From assembly GCA_964057225.1 (NCBI GenBank), contig OZ059898.1:21204001-21268000 (forward strand): a stretch of DNA of 64,000 nt, read 5' to 3'. Shown here in pieces: positions 54,501-64,000 of the stretch. Below the pieces are notes generated by a model. It was not told where the DNA came from and did not search any database. It saw only the letters and a program-made list of their open reading frames with translations. The stretch is from Auanema rhodensis (lineage: Eukaryota; Animalia; Nematoda). A program made the position numbers and the translations under genes. The stretch's first letter is position 1. The number at the start of each line of letters is the position of its first letter.

Positions 54501-57500
54501 TGTCCATATTAGTCTAAAAACAAATTTTTATTGATATTGGTTCATGGTAACCATGACTTTGAAATTTACGTGAACTTTAATTTATGCTAATTAAATGTAC
54601 ACGTGATGTGCACTTGGTATGTAACTCGCTTCACGTGAAAGATAAAGAGATGCGGTTTTCAAAATTAGATTTCCCATGTCCATATTAGTCTAAAAACAAA
54701 TTTTTATTGATATTGGTGCATGGTAACCATGACTTTGAAATTTACGTGAACTTTAATTCATGCTAATTAAATGTACACGTGATGTGCACTTGGTATGTAA
54801 CTCGCTTCACGTGAAAGATAAAGAGATGCGGTTTTCAAAATTAGATTCCCCATGTCCATATTAGTCTAAAAACAAATTTTTATTGATATTGGTGCATGGT
54901 AACCATGACTTTGAAATTTACGTGTACTTTAATTTATGCTAATTAAATGTACACGTGATGTGCACTTGGTATGTAACTCGCTTCACGTGAAAGATAAAGA
55001 GATGCGGTTTTCAAAATTAGATTCCCCATGTCCATATTAGTCTAAAAACAAATTTTTCTTGATATTGGTGCATGGTAACCATGACTTTGAAATTTACGTG
55101 TACTTTAATTTATGCTAATTAAATGTACACGTGATGTGCACTTGGTATGTAACTCGCTTCACGTGAAAGATAAAGAGATGCGGTTTTCAAAATTAGATTC
55201 CCCAAGTCCATATTAGTCTAAAAACAAATTTTTATTGATATTGGTTCATGGTAACCATGACTTTGAAATTTACGTGAACTTTAATTCATGCTAATTAAAT
55301 GTACACGTGATGTGCACTTGGTATGTAACTCGCTTCACGTGAAAGATAAAGAGATGCGGTTTTCAAAATTAGATTCCCCATGTCCATATTAGTCTAAAAA
55401 CAAATTTTTATTGATATTGGTTCATGGTAACCATGACTTTGAAATTTACGTGAACTTTAATTCATGCTAATTAAATGTACACGTGATGTGCACTTGGTAT
55501 GTAACTCGCTTCACGTGAAAGATAAAGAGATGCGGTTTTCAAAATTAGATTCCCCAAGTCCATATTAGTCTAAAAACAAATTTTTATTGATATTGGTTCA
55601 TGGTAACCATGACTTTGAAATTTACGTGAACTTTAATTCATGCTAATTAAATGTACACGTGATGTGCACTTGGTATGTAACTCGCTTCACGTGAAAGATA
55701 AAGAGATGCGGTTTTCAAAATTAGATTCCCCATGTCCATATTAGTCTAAAAACAAATTTTTATTGATATTGGTTCATGGTAACCATGACTTTGAAATTTA
55801 CGTGAACTTTAATTCATGCTAATTAAATGTACACGTGATGTGCACTTGGTATGTAACTCGCTTCACGTGAAAGATAAAGAGATGCGGTTTTCAAAATTAG
55901 ATTCCCCAAGTCCATATTAGTCTAAAAACAAATTTTTATTGATATTGGTTCATGGTAACCATGACTTTGAAATTTACGTGAACTTTAATTCATGCTAATT
56001 AAATGTACACTTGATGTGCACTTGGTATGTAACTCGCTTCACGTGAAAGATAAAGAGATGCGGTTTTCAAAATTAGATTCCCCATGTCCATATTAGTCTA
56101 AAAACAAATTTTTATTGATATTGGTTCATGGTAACCATGACTTTGAAATTTACGTGAACTTTAATTTATGCTAATTAAATGTACACGTGATGTGCACTTG
56201 GTATGTAACTCGCTTCACGTGAAAGATAAAGAGGGTTTTCAAAATTAGATTCCCCATGTCCATATTAGTCTAAAAACAAATTTTTATTGATATTGGTTCA
56301 TGGTAACCATGACTTTGAAATTTACGTGAACTTTAATTTATGCTAATTAAATGTACACGTGATGTGCACTTGGTATGTAACTCGCTTCACGTGAAAGATA
56401 AAGAGATGCGGTTTTCAAAATTAGATTCCCCATGTCCATATTAGTCTAAAAACAAATTTTTATTGATATTGGTGCATGGTAACCATGACTTTGAAATTTA
56501 CGTGAACTTTAATTCATGCTAATTAAATGTACACGTGATGTGCACTTGGTATGTAACTCGCTTCACGTGAAAGATAAAGAGATGCGGTTTTCAAAATTAG
56601 ATTCCCCATGTCCATATTAGTCTAAAAACAAATTTTTATTGATATTGGTGCATGGTAACCATGACTTTGAAATTTACGTGTACTTTAATTTATGCTAATT
56701 AAATGTACACGTGATGTGCACTTGGTATGTAACTCGCTTCACGTGAAAGATAAAGAGATGCGGTTTTCAAAATTAGATTCCCCATGTCCATATTAGTCTA
56801 AAAACAAATTTTTCTTGATATTGGTGCATGGTAACCATGACTTTGAAATTTACGTGTACTTTAATTTATGCTAATTAAATGTACACGTGATGTGCACTTG
56901 GTATGTAACTCGCTTCACGTGAAAGATAAAGAGATGCGGTTCTCAAAATTAGATTCCCCAAGTCCATATTAGTCTAAAAACAAATTTTTATTGATATTGG
57001 TTCATGGTAACCATGACTTTGAAATTTACGTGAACTTTAATTCATGCTAATTAAATGTACACGTGATGTGCACTTGGTATGTAACTCGCTTCACGTGAAA
57101 GATAAAGAGATGCGGTTTTCAAAATTAGATTCCCCATGTCCATATTAGTCTAAAAACAAATTTTTATTGATATTGGTGCATGGTAACCATGACTTTGAAA
57201 TTTACGTGAACTTTAATTCATGCTAATTAAATGTACACGTGATGTGCACTTGGTATGTAACTCGCTTCACGTGAAAGATAAAGAGATGCGGTTTTCAAAA
57301 TTAGATTCCCCATGTCCATATTAGTCTAAAAACAAATTTTTATTGATATTGGTGCATGGTAACCATGACTTTGAAATTTACGTGTACTTTAATTTATGTT
57401 AATTAAATGTACACGTGATGTGCACTTGGTATGTAACTCGCTTCACGTGAAAGATAAAGAGATGCGGTTTTCAAAATTAGATTCCCCAAGTCCATATTAG

Positions 57501-60500
57501 TCTAAAAACAAATTTTTATTGATATTGGTTCATGGTAACCATGACTTTGAAATTTACGTGAACTTTAATTTATGCTAATTAAATGTACACGTGATGTGCA
57601 CTTGGTATGTAACTCGCTTCACGTGAAAGATAATAAGATGCGGTTTTCAAAATTAGATTCCCCATGTCCATATTAGTCTAAAAACAAATTTTTATTGATA
57701 TTGGTTCATGGTAACCATGACTTTGAAATTTACGTGAACTTTAATTTATGCTAATTAAATGTACACGTGATGTGCACTTGGTATGTAACTCGCTTCACGT
57801 GAAAGATAAAGAGGGTTTTCAAAATTAGATTCCCCATGTCCATATTAGTCTAAAAACAAATTTTTATTGATATTGGTTCATGGTAACCATGACTTTGAAA
57901 TTTACGTGAACTTTAATTTATGCTAATTAAATGTACACGTGATGTGCACTTGGTATGTAACTCGCTTCACGTGAAAGATAAAGAGATGCGGTTTTCAAAA
58001 TTAGATTCCCCATGTCCATATTAGTCTAAAAACAAATTTTTATTGATATTGGTTCATGGTAACCATGACTTTGAAATTTACGTGAACTTTAATTTATGCT
58101 AATTAAATGTACACGTGATGTGCACTTGGTATGTAACTCGCTTCACGTGAAAGATAAAGAGGGTTTTCAAAATTAGATTCCCCATGTCCATATTAGTCTA
58201 AAAACAAATTTTTATTGATATTGGTTCATGGTAACCATGACTTTGAAATTTACGTGAACTTTAATTTATGCTAATTAAATGTACACGTGATGTGCACTTG
58301 GTATGTAACTCGCTTCACGTGAAAGATAAAGAGATGCGGTTTTCAAAATTAGATTCCCCATGTCCATATTAGTCTAAAAACAAATTTTTATTGATATTGG
58401 TGCATGGTAACCATGACTTTGAAATTTACGTGAACTTTAATTCATGCTAATTAAATGTACACGTGATGTGCACTTGGTATGTAACTCGCTTCACGTGAAA
58501 GATAAAGAGATGCGGTTTTCAAAATTAGATTCCCCATGTCCATATTAGTCTAAAAACAAATTTTTATTGATATTGGTGCATGGTAACCATGACTTTGAAA
58601 TTTACGTGTACTTTAATTTATGTTAATTAAATGTACACGTGATGTGCACTTGGTATGTAACTCGCTTCACGTGAAAGATAAAGAGATGCGGTTTTCAAAA
58701 TTAGATTCCCCAAGTCCATATTAGTCTAAAAACAAATTTTTATTGATATTGGTTCATGGTAACCATGACTTTGAAATTTACGTGAACTTTAATTTATGCT
58801 AATTAAATGTACACGTGATGTGCACTTGGTATGTAACTCGCTTCACGTGAAAGATAATAAGATGCGGTTTTCAAAATTAGATTCCCCATGTCCATATTAG
58901 TCTAAAAACAAATTTTTATTGATATTGGTTCATGGTAACCATGACTTTGAAATTTACGTGAACTTTAATTTATGCTAATTAAATGTACACGTGATGTGCA
59001 CTTGGTATGTAACTCGCTTCACGTGAAAGATAATAAGATGCGGTTTTCAAAATTAGATTCCCCATGTCCATATTAGTCTAAAAACAAATTTTTATTGATA
59101 TTGGTTCATGGTAACCATGACTTTGAAATTTACGTGAACTTTAATTTATGCTAATTAAATGTACACGTGATGTGCACTTGGTATGTAACTCGCTTCACGT
59201 GAAAGATAAAGAGGGTTTTCAAAATTAGATTCCCCATGTCCATATTAGTCTAAAAACAAATTTTTATTGATATTGGTTCATGGTAACCATGACTTTGAAA
59301 TTTACGTGAACTTTAATTTATGCTAATTAAATGTACACGTGATGTGCACTTGGTATGTAACTCGCTTCACGTGAAAGATAAAGAGATGCGGTTTTCAAAA
59401 TTAGATTCCCCTTGTCCATATTAGTCTAAAAACAAATTTTTATTGATATTGGTTCATGGTAACCATGACTTTGAAATTTACGTGAACTTTAATTTATGCT
59501 AATTAAATGTACACGTGATGTGCACTTGGTATGTAACTCGCTTCACGTGAAAGATAAAGAAGGTTTTCAAAATTAGATTCCCCATGTCCATATTAGTCTA
59601 AAAACAAATTTTTATTGATATTGGTTCATGGTAACCATGACTTTGAAATTTACGTGAACTTTAATTTATGCTAATTAAATGTACACGTGATGTGCACTTG
59701 GTATGTAACTCGCTTCACGTGAAAGATAAAGAGGGTTTTCAAAATTAGATTCCCCATGTCCATATTAGTCTAAAAACAAATTTTTATTGATATTGGTTCA
59801 TGGTAACCATGACTTTGAAATTTACGTGAACTTTAATTTATGCTAATTAAATGTACACGTGATGTGCACTTGGTATGTAACTCGCTTCACGTGAAAGATA
59901 AAGAGATGCGGTTTTCAAAATTAGATTCCCCTTGTCCATATTAGTCTAAAAACAAATTTTTATTGATATTGGTTCATGGTAACCATGACTTTGAAATTTA
60001 CGTGAACTTTAATTTATGCTAATTAAATGTACACGTGATGTGCACTTGGTATGTAACTCGCTTCACGTGAAAGATAAAGAGGGTTTTCAAAATTAGATTC
60101 CCCATGTCCATATTAGTCTAAAAACAAATTTTTATTGATATTGGTTCATGGTAACCATGACTTTGAAATTTACGTGAACTTTAATTTATGCTAATTAAAT
60201 GTACACGTGATGTGCACTTGGTATGTAACTCGCTTCACGTGAAAGATAAAGAGGGTTTTCAAAATTAGATTCCCCATGTCCATATTAGTCTAAAAACAAA
60301 TTTTTATTGATATTGGTTCATGGTAACCATGACTTTGAAATTTACGTGAACTTTAATTTATGCTAATTAAATGTACACGTGATGTGCACTTGGTATGTAA
60401 CTCGCTTCACGTGAAAGATAAAGAGGGTTTTCAAAATTAGATTCCCCATGTCCATATTAGTCTAAAAACAAATTTTTATTGATATTGGTTCATGGTAACC

Positions 60501-62396
60501 ATGACTTTGAAATTTACGTGAACTTTAATTTATGCTAATTAAATGTACACGTGATGTGCACTTGGTATGTAACTCGCTTCACGTGAAAGATAAAGAGATG
60601 CGGTTTTCAAAATTAGATTCCCCATGTCCATATTAGTCTAAAAACAAATTTTTCTTGATATTGGTGCATGGTAACCATGACTTTGAAATTTACGTGTACT
60701 TTAATTTATGCTAATTAAATGTACACGTGATGTGCACTTGGTATGTAACTCGCTTCACGTGAAAGATAAAGAGATGCGGTTTTCAAAATCAGATTCCCCA
60801 AGTCCATATTAGTCTAAAAACAAATTTTTATTGATATTGGTTCATGGTAACCATGACTTTGAAATTTACGTGAACTTTAATTCATGCTAATTAAATGTAC
60901 ACGTGATGTGCACTTGGTATGTAACTCGCTTCACGTGAAAGATAAAGAGATGCGGTTTTCAAAATTAGATTCCCCATGTCCATATTAGTCTAAAAACAAA
61001 TTTTTATTGATATTGGTGCATGGTAACCATGACTTTGAAATTTACGTGAACTTTAATTCATGCTAATTAAATGTACACGTGATGTGCACTTGGTATGTAA
61101 CTCGCTTCACGTGAAAGATAAAGAGATACGGTTTTCAAAATTAGATTCCCCATGTCCATATTAGTCTAAAAACAAATTTTTATTGATATTGGTGCATGGT
61201 AACCATGACTTTGAAATTTACGTGTACTTTAATTTATGCTAATTAAATGTACACGTGATGTGCACTTGGTATGTAACTCGCTTCACGTGAAAGATAAAGA
61301 GATGCGGTTTTCAAAATTAGATTCCCCAAGTCCATATTAGTCTAAAAACAAATTTTTATTGATATTGGTTCATGGTAACCATGACTTTGAAATTTACGTG
61401 AACTTTAATTTATGCTAATTAAATGTACACGTGATGTGCACTTGGTATGTAACTCGCTTCACGTGAAAGATAAAGAGATGCGGTTTTCAAAATTAGATTC
61501 CCCATGTCCATATTAGTCTAAAAACAAATTTTTATTGATATTGGTTCATGGTAACCATGACTTTGAAATTTACGTGAACTTTAATTTATGCTAATTAAAT
61601 GTACACGTGATGTGCACTTGGTATGTAACTCGCTTCACGTGAAAGATAAAGAGGGTTTTCAAAATTAGATTCCCCATGTCCATATTAGTCTAAAAACAAA
61701 TTTTTATTGATATTGGTTCATGGTAACCATGACTTTGAAATTTACGTGAACTTTAATTTATGCTAATTAAATGTACACGTGATGTGCACTTGGTATGTAA
61801 CTCGCTTCACGTGAAAGATAAAGAGGGTTTTCAAAATTAGATTCCCCATGTCCATATTAGTCTAAAAACAAATTTTTATTGATATTGGTTCATGGTAACC
61901 ATGACTTTGAAATTTACGTGAACTTTAATTTATGCTAATTAAATGTACACGTGATGTGCACTTGGTATGTAACTCGCTTCACGTGAAAGATAAAGAGATG
62001 CGGTTTTCAAAATTAGATTCCCCATGTCCATATTAGTCTAAAAACAAATTTTTATTGATATTGGTGCATGGTAACCATGACTTTGAAATTTACGTGAACT
62101 TTAATTTATGCTAATTAAATGTACACGTGATGTGCACTTGGTATGTAACTCGCTTCACGTGAAAGATAAAGAGATGCGGTTTTCAAAATTAGATTCCCCA
62201 TGTCCATATTAGTCTAAAAACAAATTTTTATTGATATTGGTTCATGGTAACCATGACTTTGAAATTTACGTGAACTTTAATTTATGCTAATTAAATGTAC
62301 ACGTGATGTGCACTTGGTATGTAACTCGCTTCACGTGAAAGATAAAGAGGGTTTTCAAAATTAGATTCCCCATGTCCATATTAGTCTAAAAACAAA
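44525..62396. repeat. Domain containing the 172-bp monomer subfamily (ATGC deletion at monomer positions 126-129), 20 copies
   Basis: AAAGAGATGCGGTTTT becomes AAAGAGGGTTTT immediately after 44649, 45877, 47633, 48333, 49561, 51317, 52545, 54477, 56233, 57813, 58161, 59213, 59561, 59733, 60081, 60253, 60425, 61653, 61825 and 62349. The count of 20 is confirmed by the 80-bp register shift. Confidence 0.95.
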
Positions 62397-64000
62397 TTTT
62401 TATTGATATTGGTTCATGGTAACCATGACTTTGAAATTTACGTGAACTTCAATTTATGCTAATTAAATGTACACGTGATGTGCACTTGGTATGTAACTCG
62501 CTTCACGTGAAAGATAAAGAGATGCCGTTTTCAAAATTAGATTCCCCATGTCCATATTAGTCTAAAAACAAATTTTTATTGATATTGGTGCATGGTAACC
62601 ATGACTTTGAAATTTACGTGAACTTTAATTTATGCTAATTAAATGTACACGTGATGTGCACTTGGTATGTAACTCGCTTCACGTGAAAGATAAAGAGATG
62701 CGGTTTTCAAAATTAGATTCCCCATGTCCATATTAGTCTAAAAACAAATTTTTATTGATATTGGTGCATGGTAACCATGACTTTGAAATTTACGTGAACT
62801 TTAATTTATGCTAATTAAATGTACACGTGATGTGCACTTGGTATGTAACTCGCTTCACGTGAAAGATAAAGAGATGCGGTTTTCAAAATTAGATTCCCCA
62901 TGTCCATATTAGTCTAAAAACAAATTTGTATTGATATTGGTGCATGGTAACCATGACTTTGAAATTTACGTGTACTTTAATTTATGCTAATTAAATGTAC
63001 ACGTGATGTGCACTTGGTATGTAACTCGCTTCACGTGAAAGATAAAGAGATGCGGTTTTCAAAATTAGATTCCCCAAGTCCATATTAGTCTAAAAACAAA
63101 TTTTTATTGATATTGGTTCATGGTAACCATGACTTTGAAATTTACGTGAACTTTAATTTATGCTAATTAAATGTACACGTGATGTGCACTTGGTATGTAA
63201 CTCGCTTCACGTGAAAGATAAAGAGATGCGGTTTTCAAAATTAGATTCCCCATGTCCATATTAGTCTAAAAACAAATTTTTATTGATATTGGTGCATGGT
63301 AACCATGACTTTGAAATTTACGTGAACTTTAATTTATGCTAATTAAATGTACACGTGATGTGCACTTGGTATGTAACTCGCTTCACGTGAAAGATAAATA
63401 GATGCGGTTTTCAAAATTAGATTCCCCAAGTCCATATTAGTCTAAAAACAAATTTTTATTGATATTGGTTCATGGTAACCATGACTTTGAAATTTACGTG
63501 AACTTTAATTTATGCTAATTAAATGTACACGTGATGTGCACTGGGTATGTAACCCGCTTCACGTGAAAGATAAAGAGATGCGGTTTTCAAAATTAGATTC
63601 CCCATGTCCATATTAGTCTAAAAACAAATTTTTTTTGATATTGGTGCATGGTAACCATGACTTTGAAATTTACGTGAACTTTAATTCATGCTAATTAAAT
63701 GTACACGTGATGTGCACTTGGTATGTAACTCGCTTCACGTGAAAGATAAAGAGATGCGGTTTCCAAAATTAGATTCCCCATGTCCATATTAGTCTAAAAA
63801 CAAATTTTTATTGATATTGGTGCATGGTAACCATGACTTTGAACTTTACGTGTACTTTAATTTATGCTAATTAAATGTACACGTGATGTGCACTTGGTAT
63901 GTAACTCGCTTCACGTGAAAGATAAAGAGATGCGGTTTTCAAAATTAGATTTCCCAAGTCCATATTAGTCTAAAAACAAATTTTTATTGATATTGGTTCA

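Larger units (their letters stand above)
1..64000. repeat. Tandem satellite array, 176-bp AT-rich monomer, 364 complete copies plus 20 bp; candidate centromeric/pericentromeric satellite
   Basis: The same 176-bp unit restarts at 1, 177, 353, 881, 1761, 2641 and on to 63981. It keeps one orientation, shows about 98-100% identity between monomers, and runs off both window ends. The centromeric label is an inference from monomer length and homogeneity only. Confidence 0.99.

Noticed and set aside
1-64000. Protein-coding ORFs or a repeat-encoded protein
   Set aside because: 176 is not a multiple of 3, so any reading frame rotates through all phases, and TAA/TGA/TAG are frequent on both strands. 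Only short incidental ORFs are possible.
1-64000. CRISPR array
   Set aside because: There are palindromic motifs but no unique spacers; the entire unit repeats, and there are no cas genes.
1-64000. G/T state at position 18 as a regular dimeric HOR or an encoded pattern
   Set aside because: There is no constant alternation; the runs are explained by the local block duplications.

Overview
The whole window is one uninterrupted, head-to-tail, single-orientation satellite DNA array. It has 364 complete monomers plus 20 bp of a 365th. The consensus 176-bp monomer (about 32% GC) is TTTTTATTGATATTGGT[G/T]CATGGTAACCATGACTTTGAAATTTACGTGAACTTTAATTTATGCTAATTAAATGTACACGTGATGTGCACTTGGTATGTAACTCGCTTCACGTGAAAGATAAAGAGATGCGGTTTTCAAAATTAGATTCCCCATGTCCATATTAGTCTAAAAACAAA. 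Monomers differ from it at only about 0-4 positions. Length bookkeeping closes exactly: 364 x 176 minus 4 bp (three homopolymer indels) minus 80 bp (twenty 4-bp ATGC deletions) puts the last monomer start at 63981. I see no genes, RNA genes, transposon insertions, inversions or CRISPR spacers. Monomer size and homogeneity fit a eukaryotic centromeric or pericentromeric satellite, but neither the species nor centromere function can be established from sequence alone. The interesting signal is internal. Diagnostic SNPs define successive domains, irregular 3- to 21-monomer tandem duplications, a young expanding 172-bp subfamily nested in an older layer, chimeric or converted monomers, and a monomer rich in dyad symmetries and CACGTG E-boxes with no CpG depletion. 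I found no evidence for a new protein- or RNA-coding system. Variant notation such as A49T refers to position within the monomer; all variants were read by eye.
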